Of a stretch of 32,000 nt of DNA, positions 18,630 through 26,677 are shown piece after piece. Every line of letters begins with the position of its first letter. Positions within the stretch are counted from its first letter, which is position 1. Under the pieces are notes generated by a model. The model searched no databases, was not told where the DNA came from, and was given only the letters and a program-made list of their open reading frames with translations. Location: assembly GCA_026625185.1 (NCBI GenBank), contig CP113000.1:2355622-2387621 (forward strand), in the 5' to 3' direction. Origin of the DNA: Thermodesulfobacteriota bacterium. GTDB taxonomy: Bacteria > Desulfobacterota > WTBG01 > JAGOGO01. The translations under genes were made by a program, and so were the position numbers.

Positions 18630-18766
18630 CTTGCTAATGCCCTGCAGCTTGCTGCATGGCATCACGAAATGCTGAGAATTTTCATTATTTACTTTTTTTG
18701 GGGTTTACGTTCAAAATTTTTTAAAACACAAAAAATAAACTTTTTTCGTAACCCATAGGAGGAATG

Positions 18767-19231
18767 TTATAACTTTTCCATGGCCCCGTAAACACCACTA
18801 AGCCGGTCACGCAACAAATAAGCAAGTCTTTCCATTACCTTGAAACCTGCCGGGAGGTTTTTCCTTAACTCTTCCCTTAAAACAGGACCCTCGATAGCAA
18901 TGACCTCTGTTTTTCGGGTGCATAAAGCTGAAGACAGGAGGCAGTGAGATTCACCCAAAAGCGTTAACCACGATCCAAAGGCTCTTCCTGGTCCTAAAAT
19001 TGCAATGTTTAACTGAGCTTTTCGATCTCCTAAATCAACCGAGCGTTCTAAGAAAACCTGCCCTTCCTTGATGATGTATATTTTGTTTCCTTGATCTCCT
19101 TGATGGAATATCGCTTCTCCGGGTTGGTACTGTTCGATCCGGCAGAAAGAAATGATCGGCTTGATTTCTTCTTTGGAAAGAGTAACCAAGAGTTCACACT
19201 TGACTAATACCTGGAGAATATCTGAGGTCAT
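18767..19231 (-). CDS. stand-alone cyclic-nucleotide-binding domain protein
   Basis: 154 aa with a cNMP-binding beta-barrel pattern (IFHQGDQGNKIYIIKEGQV, GPGRAFG) and no HTH or other output domain. Confidence 0.8.
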   Translation of the reverse strand: MTSDILQVLVKCELLVTLSKEEIKPIISFCRIEQYQPGEAIFHQGDQGNKIYIIKEGQVFLERSVDLGDRKAQLNIAILGPGRAFGSWLTLLGESHCLLSSALCTRKTEVIAIEGPVLREELRKNLPAGFKVMERLAYLLRDRLSGVYGAMEKL

Positions 19232-19503
19232 TTTTATCTCTTTTGGAAAGTTATTCGGGAATTTTTGGTGTTATTTTAAGAAAACGGATGAAAAAAATCA
19301 AGATATTCAAAAGACATGAATATGAATAATATGAATAAAAAACTTATTAAGAAAAAATCTTGCCTCTGAAAAAAATCAATGTTAAAAAACCATCTTTTTT
19401 TGGTTTAAGATTAATTTACAGTTTGTAAAAAAAAAATTTATTTGAATGGTGCTTTTTTTAAGGGCAACGGTGAAAAAAAAGTAATTTTAATGCGTTATAA
19501 AGC

Positions 19504-19532
19504 TTGACTTGTATTTTTTTTTGGCATATATA
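19504..19532 (+). promoter_or_regulatory. near-consensus sigma70-type promoter of acs
   Basis: TTGACT (19504-19509), a 17-nt spacer, then TATATA (19527-19532). The predicted start is near 19539-19541. Confidence 0.55.
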
Positions 19533-19535
19533 TTG

Positions 19536-19569
19536 CTCCTTTATGAATGATTATTCATTCATATAGGAG
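19536..19569. promoter_or_regulatory. 34-nt palindrome at the acs transcription start (operator or 5' hairpin)
   Basis: CTCCTTTATGAATGATTATTCATTCATATAGGAG has 15 of 17 symmetric positions complementary. Half-sites contain ATGAAT/ATTCAT. The 3' arm carries an AGGAG. Confidence 0.5.
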
Positions 19570-19627
19570 TAAATAACTAAAGAGTTTAATAGTTTAATAT
19601 TTAAAATCAAGAAAGGAGTAAATAACT

Positions 19628-21592
19628 ATGGCTGATCAAAAAACAATTACCTCAATGATGGCGGAAAATCGTTTACTTGAGCCATCGAAGGAGTTTGTCT
19701 CCAAAGCCGCTATTAAAAGCATGGATGAATACAAAAAGATGTATAAAGAATCCATCGAGCAACCGGAAAAGTTCTGGGGTAAAATAGCTGAGGAACTCCT
19801 GTGGGATAAAAAGTGGGATAAATTTTCCGACCACGATTTCGCAAAAGCTAAAATCAAATTTTTCCTCGGCGGAAAAATCAATGCTACCAAAAACTGTCTG
19901 GACAAGCATCTCAACACTTTCCGCAAAGATAAGGTTGCGTTGATTTGGCAGGGGGAGCCGTCAGGAGAAACCAGGACATTCACCTATGCTGAACTTCACA
20001 ACGAAGTGTGCAAATTTGCCAATTGTCTTAAAAAACTTGGCGTCAAGAAGGGAGATCGCGTAACGATTTATCTTCCCATGATTGCCGAACTCCCCATTTC
20101 TCTGCTTGCCTGCGCCCGGATCGGCGCTATCCACAGCGTGGTTTTTGGAGGATTCAGCGCTGAATCTCTCCGGGACCGAATCCTTGATTGCGGCTCTACG
20201 TTTCTAATCACCAATAACTATGGATACCGGAGCGGTAAGTCCCTTTCCTCCAAAGACAGTGCTGATGAGGCGCTAACCCATTGCCCGGATGTTAAGAAGG
20301 TGGTCGTGGTTCAACGCGTTGTAAAAGAAACAAAGATGCAGGCAGGAAGAGATTTCTGGTACCATGAACTAATGGCCGATGCCAGCCCTGATTGTCCGGC
20401 AGAGGTCATGGATGCTGAAGATCCTCTCTTCATCCTCTATACCAGCGGGAGCACCGGGAAACCAAAAGGCGTTCTTCACACCATCGGGGGATACCTTGCC
20501 TTCGTCCACTCTAACATGAAATATTCTTTTGATATTCAGGATAAGGACATCTTCTGGTGTACGGCGGATATCGGCTGGGTAACCGGGCACAGCTTTATTG
20601 TCTACGGCCCCTTGTCAGTCGGCGCCACTGCTCTGATGTTCGAAGGTGTTCCTACCTACCCGGCGGTTGACCGGTTCTGGGAAATCGTGGAGAAGTTTAA
20701 GGTTACCATCTTCTATACGGCTCCCACGGTATTGCGGTCACTCATGAAAGAAGGCGAGGAATGGGTGAATAAGCATGATCTGAGTTCAATTCGTTTGCTC
20801 GGTACGGTGGGCGAACCCATTAACCCGGAAGCCTGGATGTGGTATTACCAGGTGGTCGGGAAGAATCGTTGCCCTATTGTGGATACCTACTGGCAGACCG
20901 AAACCGGCGGACATCTTGTTACTCCGATACCCGGTGCCATTCCGACCAAACCCGGTTCAGCCACCATGCCGTTTTTCGGCGTTGATGCGGTTATTCTCCG
21001 CGAAGACCGCACTGAGGCAGGTGAAAACGAGGGTGGCTACCTGTCTATTAGACAGCCGTGGCCAGGGATGATGCGAACTGTGTATGGAGATCCGCAGCGA
21101 TTTTTTGATACTTACTTCACCCAATTTCCCGGCTTTTATTGTTCCGGGGACGGCGCCCGGCGCGATGAGGATGGATACCTCTGGCTGATGGGCCGGCTGG
21201 ATGATGTTGTGAATGTCTCTGGTCACCGCATGGGAACTGCAGAAATCGAAAGCGCTTTGGTGTCCCATCCCAGTGTGGCTGAAGCCGCAGTGGTCGGTTT
21301 CCCTCATGACATCAAAGGCGAGGGCCTCTACGCATTTGTGACTGTGAATGTGGGCGTGGAAAAAACCGATGAGCTCAAGAAAGAGCTTATTGCTCATGTA
21401 CGCAAAGAAATTGGTCCTATTGCTGCGCCGGATAAAATTCATTACGCTGATGCTCTGCCCAAAACGAGAAGCGGAAAGATTATGCGAAGAATCCTCAAGA
21501 AAATTGCTGCTGGCGACATTTCGAATATCGGCGATACGACGACTCTCGCTGATCCAAGTGTGGTAGACATCTTGGTCAGTGGAAGGATTTAA
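19628..21592 (+). CDS. acs: acetyl-CoA synthetase (AMP-forming)
   Basis: 654 aa with the AMP-binding motif YTSGSTGKPKGV, plus YWQTETGG, and the C-terminal LPKTRSGKIMRR containing the acetylatable Lys context. Confidence 0.95.
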   Translation: MADQKTITSMMAENRLLEPSKEFVSKAAIKSMDEYKKMYKESIEQPEKFWGKIAEELLWDKKWDKFSDHDFAKAKIKFFLGGKINATKNCLDKHLNTFRKDKVALIWQGEPSGETRTFTYAELHNEVCKFANCLKKLGVKKGDRVTIYLPMIAELPISLLACARIGAIHSVVFGGFSAESLRDRILDCGSTFLITNNYGYRSGKSLSSKDSADEALTHCPDVKKVVVVQRVVKETKMQAGRDFWYHELMADASPDCPAEVMDAEDPLFILYTSGSTGKPKGVLHTIGGYLAFVHSNMKYSFDIQDKDIFWCTADIGWVTGHSFIVYGPLSVGATALMFEGVPTYPAVDRFWEIVEKFKVTIFYTAPTVLRSLMKEGEEWVNKHDLSSIRLLGTVGEPINPEAWMWYYQVVGKNRCPIVDTYWQTETGGHLVTPIPGAIPTKPGSATMPFFGVDAVILREDRTEAGENEGGYLSIRQPWPGMMRTVYGDPQRFFDTYFTQFPGFYCSGDGARRDEDGYLWLMGRLDDVVNVSGHRMGTAEIESALVSHPSVAEAAVVGFPHDIKGEGLYAFVTVNVGVEKTDELKKELIAHVRKEIGPIAAPDKIHYADALPKTRSGKIMRRILKKIAAGDISNIGDTTTLADPSVVDILVSGRI

Positions 21593-21603
21593 CATACTAC
21601 CTT

Positions 21604-21642
21604 TACATGAGTCCAGGCAATGCTTGGACTCATGTATTTTTT
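21604..21642 (+). terminator. intrinsic terminator after acs
   Basis: TACATGAGTCCA (21604-21615) pairs perfectly with TGGACTCATGTA (21625-21636), and T6 follows (21637-21642). Confidence 0.8.
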
Positions 21643-21714
21643 AAAGGTTTGGTTGTACAGAGTACCCACCGGGTTTGATTAGGATTAACCTTAAAAGCGT
21701 AAAGGAGGTAGGCT

Positions 21715-23157
21715 TTGGCGAAAAAATACTTTTTATCACTTTTCATTGGTATGGTTGCTTTTTTGTGGATTATGTCGCAAGCTTTTGCTCAAACACCGGT
21801 AGCTCAAATGCAGAAGAGGATTGATGATTTGGAGAAACAGGTAAATGAGCTTAAACTGATGCTTCAAGAACAACAAAAGGCACGTGCGGCAGAGAAGGCC
21901 CGGGTTGACAAGGTTGAGCAGAAGGTGGAACAGTCCGAAAAAACCAAGGTAGCGTCTTCTTCAGGTGCAGGCACGGTTTCTTCCATTATCAGCGAGTTCA
22001 AGTTTAAACCTTATGGTTTTATTAAGTTGGATAGTTCATATGATGACAGTAAAATCTACCCCTCCTCGGGAAACTTTTCACTTTACGTCCCCAGTGAACT
22101 AAGCTCGGATAAAGATAGAACCTCCCATAACGATAATAATTTTAGCATGACCGGCCGGCAGACCCAAGTTGGGCTCTATATCTTAGCGCCGGAGACCTAT
22201 GCATGGGTGGCAAAAGGTCGTATCGAAATTGATTTTTACGGTGACGGAACCCAGCACGAAAACAAGGCCGATCCATTGCTTCGCCAGGCCTATGTGGAAT
22301 TAACAAGAGGGAAGTTCGGCATTATCGCCGGTCAGACTAATGACCTTATTTCTCCGCTTACTCCTTCAACCCTGAATTACACGGTTGGTTGGGCTGCCGG
22401 TAACATCGGGTATCGACGGCCCCAGTTGCGGTTTACCTACACCCATCCGATTAATGAGAAAAACAAGCTTATCGGTGCTTTCGCCATAGCTAGGACAACA
22501 GGGACGATTAATGAAGATTATGACATTGATTCAAAAACTGATGGCGAGGATGTCGGATATCCGACAATGCAGGCAAGACTTGCCTATGCCACTAAAAAAC
22601 TGTTTTGTACGGGGAAAGAAAGCATATTCGGCATCTCCGGACATTATGGAAAAGAGGAGATTGATTTTGGTGCAATCGATCCTACGCGACATCAAAAAAG
22701 GCTGAAAAGCTGGTCATTAAATGGAGATATCGAGGTTCCCCTTACGACCCGCTTATCTTTTAAAGGTGAAGGATTTGTCGGTGAAAACCTGGATGATTAC
22801 TTTGGTGGGATTTTGCAGGGGGTAAACGGGATGACGAAGACCGTAGCTGGTAGCTTGGTACCCTCAGATCCAGAACACTACACATCAATTATCAAGTCAA
22901 GGGGAGGATGGGCACAATTAACCTATCAATACAACAAATGGAAATATAACACAGGTGCGGGTATTGACGATCCCCGTAATAAACAATTGAGCACGGGCAT
23001 GCGAGCCCGGAATACCTTTTATTTTGGAAACTTTTATTATAACCTCATTCCTCCGGTTAATCTTTGTTTGGAATATAGCCATTGGGAAACCGACTATATT
23101 AACAAGCACGATGGGAAAAACAATCGGATCCAGACTTCGGTTATCTATAGCTGGTAA
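21715..23157 (+). CDS. putative outer-membrane porin with N-terminal coiled coil (DcaP-like architecture)
   Basis: The TTG start lies 6 nt after AAGGAGG. The signal peptide ends ..SQAFAQTP. A ~50-aa heptad-rich segment follows (QMQKRIDDLEKQVNELKLMLQEQQKARAAEKARVDKVEQKVEQ). The rest is beta-rich with alternating residues and ends ..SVIYSW, a C-terminal aromatic typical of OM barrels. Confidence 0.75.
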   Translation: MAKKYFLSLFIGMVAFLWIMSQAFAQTPVAQMQKRIDDLEKQVNELKLMLQEQQKARAAEKARVDKVEQKVEQSEKTKVASSSGAGTVSSIISEFKFKPYGFIKLDSSYDDSKIYPSSGNFSLYVPSELSSDKDRTSHNDNNFSMTGRQTQVGLYILAPETYAWVAKGRIEIDFYGDGTQHENKADPLLRQAYVELTRGKFGIIAGQTNDLISPLTPSTLNYTVGWAAGNIGYRRPQLRFTYTHPINEKNKLIGAFAIARTTGTINEDYDIDSKTDGEDVGYPTMQARLAYATKKLFCTGKESIFGISGHYGKEEIDFGAIDPTRHQKRLKSWSLNGDIEVPLTTRLSFKGEGFVGENLDDYFGGILQGVNGMTKTVAGSLVPSDPEHYTSIIKSRGGWAQLTYQYNKWKYNTGAGIDDPRNKQLSTGMRARNTFYFGNFYYNLIPPVNLCLEYSHWETDYINKHDGKNNRIQTSVIYSW

Positions 23158-23239
23158 GGAAGAGTTTCCTCCATTGATGGTTTCTAGATTTTAAAGAGAC
23201 TTTTTAATGTGAGTCCTCAAAGAAAAGGAGATATAGACT

Positions 23240-24469
23240 ATGAGTAAAGATGAAAAAATTTTTGGTTTACCGGCTGAACAAGGAAGATGGCTATTCGTTT
23301 TGTTGGGTTTGGTGATTAACTTATGCATAGGAAGTGTTTATGCGTGGAGTGTGTTTCGAAAACCTTTGGAGGCCACGTTTAATGTGGGAGCCACGCAAAG
23401 CGGGATGCCTTTTACCGTGTTTTTGGCCTTTTTTGCTTTGTTGATGCCTTTTGCGGGAAAACTTTTAGATAAATACGGTCCCAAGCTGATTTCAATCATC
23501 GGTGGTATTGTTGTGGGTTTAGGCTGGATATTATCAAAGAATGCGTCGGATATGACTTTTTTAACCATAACCTATGGTGTCATTGCTGGCGCCGGTGTGG
23601 GTATCGTGTACGGAGCGCCTATTGCGGTTGCTACCCGATGGTTTCCGGATAAAAAAGGGCTTGCGGTAGGATTAACGGTATTAGGTTTTGGTCTATCCGC
23701 TTTGATAACAGCGCCCCTGGCTCGAAAATTGATTGCCGCCCACGGACCTCTTCCGACATTTGGAATCTTAGGCGTCGCTTTCTTGGTGATTACGGTGATC
23801 TTAGCGTTCCCGTTGCGGTTTCCTCCCAGCGGATGGAAACCAGCGGGCTGGACTCCGCCGCCGGCCGCTGCCGCAGGCGCTGGTTACAACGTCAGCGGAA
23901 TGCTTTCAACTCCTACTTTTTATGGATTATGGATCTGTTACATCATCGGTGCCTTGGCCGGGCTGATGGCTATCGGGATTTCAAGCCCTTGTGCGCAAGA
24001 GGTTGTACAGTGCGATGCAGCCACGGCGGCAGGATTGGTTTCTATTTTCGCCATTTTTAATGGGGTAGGGCGTCCCATATTCGGATGGCTGACAGATAAA
24101 ATTACGCCGCGAGGTTCGGCAATTGTTTCCTTCATTATCATTATCGCTGCCTCCGCTATCATGTTACAGATCGGAGCCGGTTGCACCGGGCTTTATACCG
24201 TGGCATTTTGCGGTTTTTGGCTCTGTCTCGGCGGCTGGCTGGCCATTGCCCCAACCGCGACCGCCACGTTCTTTGGTACCCAGTTCTATGCTCAGATTTA
24301 CGGCGTGGTTTTTAGCGCTTATGGCTTGGGGGCCATCATCGGAAATCTTGCCTGCGGCCGTATTCGTGACTTGACCGGAAGTTACACTAACGCCTTTTAT
24401 CTTACCGGTGGATTGGCTGTGCTTGGTATTGTTGTTGCTTTCTTGTTATTGAAACCGCCGAAAAAGTAA
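23240..24469 (+). CDS. MFS transporter, oxalate/formate antiporter (OFA)-like family
   Basis: 409 aa with about 12 hydrophobic segments. The N-terminal GSVYAWSVF motif is typical of OFA-family carboxylate transporters. Confidence 0.9.
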   Translation: MSKDEKIFGLPAEQGRWLFVLLGLVINLCIGSVYAWSVFRKPLEATFNVGATQSGMPFTVFLAFFALLMPFAGKLLDKYGPKLISIIGGIVVGLGWILSKNASDMTFLTITYGVIAGAGVGIVYGAPIAVATRWFPDKKGLAVGLTVLGFGLSALITAPLARKLIAAHGPLPTFGILGVAFLVITVILAFPLRFPPSGWKPAGWTPPPAAAAGAGYNVSGMLSTPTFYGLWICYIIGALAGLMAIGISSPCAQEVVQCDAATAAGLVSIFAIFNGVGRPIFGWLTDKITPRGSAIVSFIIIIAASAIMLQIGAGCTGLYTVAFCGFWLCLGGWLAIAPTATATFFGTQFYAQIYGVVFSAYGLGAIIGNLACGRIRDLTGSYTNAFYLTGGLAVLGIVVAFLLLKPPKK

Positions 24470-24491
24470 AAAGATAATTGATGGGAAAATA

Positions 24492-24526
24492 GCCGGGGCG
24501 ACATATGATTGCCCCGGCTTCTTATT
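24492..24526 (+). terminator. intrinsic terminator after the MFS gene (first of two)
   Basis: GCCGGGGC (24492-24499), an 11-nt loop, GCCCCGGC (24511-24518), then TTCTTATT. Confidence 0.75.
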
Positions 24527-24535
24527 ACTGGTCTG

Positions 24536-24562
24536 GGCGCACCTTCTTGCGCCTTTTTTTTT
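24536..24562 (+). terminator. second tandem intrinsic terminator
   Basis: GGCGC (24536-24540), an 8-nt loop, GCGCC (24549-24553), then T9 (24554-24562). The SD AAGGAGA of the next gene follows immediately. Confidence 0.7.
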
Positions 24563-24577
24563 AAAAGGAGAGAAAAT

Positions 24578-24982
24578 ATGTCTCACACCTGTTCTGCGGC
24601 GCTCATCAAATGCATGGACTTTCGTTTAACAAAGGATGTACACGCCTGGATGGAGGAAAAAGGGCTGGTCAATGACTGCGACATCATTTCGGTTGCGGGC
24701 GCGGCCAAGGATATAGCGGAAAATCCCCAGGGTTATGTGTTCTCTCTGATTAAACTCTCAATCGAACTGCACGGTATAAAAAAGGTCTTTCTGATGCAAC
24801 ACCGGGATTGCGGAGCGTATGGCGGAAGCGCAGCCTTCAGCAATCAATCCGAGGAATTTGCCAAGCACAAATCAGAGATGGATAAAGCGCGGGAAATTAT
24901 TGCCCGTCAGTTTCCCAACATCGCGGTTGAAACCTGCCTTGTTTCTCCCGCTGGAAAGAGGTGGAAGGTAGAGATTATCTGA
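24578..24982 (+). CDS. small beta-carbonic-anhydrase-like protein (CxDxR ... HxxC)
   Basis: The track ORF (TTG 24509) runs through two terminators. ATG 24578, 7 nt after AAGGAGA, gives 134 aa. C12-M-D14-F-R16 and H75-R-D-C78 with 63-aa spacing reproduce the beta-CA zinc-site pattern, and DCDIISVAGA resembles the beta-CA D.F..R.AGN block. It is shorter than canonical beta-CAs. Confidence 0.7.
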   Translation: MSHTCSAALIKCMDFRLTKDVHAWMEEKGLVNDCDIISVAGAAKDIAENPQGYVFSLIKLSIELHGIKKVFLMQHRDCGAYGGSAAFSNQSEEFAKHKSEMDKAREIIARQFPNIAVETCLVSPAGKRWKVEII

Positions 24983-25002
24983 TCAGCGATCAGGGGTAAC
25001 GT

Positions 25003-25386
25003 TCATCTTAACTTTGAGGAGACGGTGATAATAGTTTTTACATTGCCTCGCGGGTTAAAATCTCCGATCACGTCCAACGATTTCGGCCTCAGCAGGGCAT
25101 GCAGGTCACGGTATATTTTGTTGGTCGCTTCTTCATGGGAGATGGAAACGCTCCGGTACTGGTTGAGATAAAGCTTGAGCGATTTTAATTCCACGATAAA
25201 CTTCTCGGGAATATACGTTATTCGGATTGTGGCAAAATCCGGATACCCTGAACGAGGACAAAGGCAGGTAAATTCAGGGAAGGTGATGTCTACGGTATAG
25301 TCTTTCTCCGGATCGGGATTAGGCCAGAATTCTAACTGCGCCTCCGCAATTTTTTTTTCACCATACTTTAATTTTGTTTTGGTCAC
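25003..25386 (-). CDS. queF: NADPH-dependent 7-cyano-7-deazaguanine (preQ0) reductase
   Basis: 127 aa, type-I QueF. It has the nucleophile context [13 protein letters not shown], the QueF motif ELKSLKLYL, and ISHEE. Confidence 0.9.
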   Translation of the reverse strand: MTKTKLKYGEKKIAEAQLEFWPNPDPEKDYTVDITFPEFTCLCPRSGYPDFATIRITYIPEKFIVELKSLKLYLNQYRSVSISHEEATNKIYRDLHALLRPKSLDVIGDFNPRGNVKTIITVSSKLR

Positions 25387-25401
25387 GGTATCTCCTTTGG
25401 A

Positions 25402-26040
25402 TTAAAAATGAGATAACGGACATTCTTCACACAATGGTTTGGGTTTGCAATAAAGGTATCCGGTGTGCACAATGAGCGCGTGAAACTCATTATATACCTG
25501 CACATTGTGAGGAAGATTATCCATAAAAAATTTTTGGTACGCCTCATAAGAATCATCGCTTTTCATAAACCCATGCTGACTGAACATCCTTTTGGTATAA
25601 GCGTCAATAACAAAAATTGGTTTTTCCAGTGCGTATAGCAGGATGCTGTCCGCAGTTTCAGGCCCGATTCGGTAAAGATTCAAAAGTTCTTCGCGTAGTT
25701 TTCCTAGGGGCTTTTTTTTCATTTTTTCAATATCAAAATTATACGTATTTCCCAAATAATCTGCAACCGCTTTGAGAGCCTTAGCTTTCTGATTAAGAAA
25801 CCGGGCGGACTTTATCAGGTCTGCAAGTTCCTCCAAATTTATGGTAGGTATCTTTTTAAAACTCAGGTTTTCTGTATTCTTTAAAGCGGCAATTGCCCGT
25901 TTCGCATTTTCCCAGGTAGTATTTTGGGCTAAAATCGCCCCGAATATTACTTCTTCTGCGGTGTTGGCGGGCCACCAATGTTGTGGCCCAAAGGCAGATA
26001 AAAGAGATTGATAGATTTTTAATAATGTAGGCTGGGACAT
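25402..26040 (-). CDS. endonuclease III-related HhH-GPD family protein
   Basis: 212 aa with a helix-hairpin-helix region (LYRIGPETADSILLYAL) and a C-terminal Cys cluster C-x5-C-x2-C. The protein ends (PLSHF*) where a 4th Fe-S Cys would be expected. Confidence 0.85.
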   Translation of the reverse strand: MSQPTLLKIYQSLLSAFGPQHWWPANTAEEVIFGAILAQNTTWENAKRAIAALKNTENLSFKKIPTINLEELADLIKSARFLNQKAKALKAVADYLGNTYNFDIEKMKKKPLGKLREELLNLYRIGPETADSILLYALEKPIFVIDAYTKRMFSQHGFMKSDDSYEAYQKFFMDNLPHNVQVYNEFHALIVHTGYLYCKPKPLCEECPLSHF

Positions 26041-26077
26041 TGGATAAGCAGGGTGCGCAGGGTTCTGGTCTGAAAGG

Positions 26078-26212
26078 TTACTTGGTAGAGTTTTGAATTA
26101 CCTCACCGGCTTTTTCGACATCCTTGCCGACCCCGCGGATAGTATTGCACCCGGCCAACATCGCTGAACTCAAAATAATTACCAGCAGCAGGACAGTTAT
26201 TCGTTTAATCAT
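26078..26212 (-). CDS. entericidin (EcnA/EcnB)-family small lipoprotein, 44 aa (absent from ORF track)
   Basis: Manual translation gives MIKRITVLLLVIILSSAMLAGCNTIRGVGKDVEKAGEVIQNSTK*. The SD AAGGGGG lies 7 nt upstream and the lipobox is LAGC. The mature part GCNT.RG.G.D.....G closely parallels E. coli EcnA (..LTGCNTARGFGEDIKHLGNSI..) as I recall it. Confidence 0.8.
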   Translation of the reverse strand: MIKRITVLLLVIILSSAMLAGCNTIRGVGKDVEKAGEVIQNSTK

Positions 26213-26677
26213 TGTTTTACCCCCTTTATATCAGATATTAACAAGGAACTTAAAATTTTAAATTTTATCGCAAAATCCGAAAAATATAAAGTCAAAAACT
26301 TTAACCATACCCGCCCAAAAATGTAAAGAATTTTCCCCTTGACTTTATCCGAGGTTGGCATTAAAAAAATAAAATAATATCAACCCAAAAAAGATAAATG
26401 ATGTAGTGGAAAAGGGTACCTTTGATGGTAAACATGGTTATCGTTGATGAGGAAAAACAAGGCCGACTCGCCGGAAAGAAAGGTGATAGGCTTTTTTTGT
26501 TTTAAAATTCATCCTGACTCCCATTTAAAAAAGGGGAGAACTTTTTCCCTTCCCATTCCCTAAAGGAGAATTGAGAAGGATTTTATCGGTGTTTTATACA
26601 AGATACCTATAAACATTGTTGGGTCGTTTTGTTGAAATTATTACGGGCTAATTTTCAGTATTTAAAAAAGACGAATA

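Noticed and set aside
20957-21595. 212-aa minus-strand ORF inside acs.
   Set aside because: It is antisense to a strongly recognisable acs gene, and it has no recognisable motifs or ribosome-binding site.
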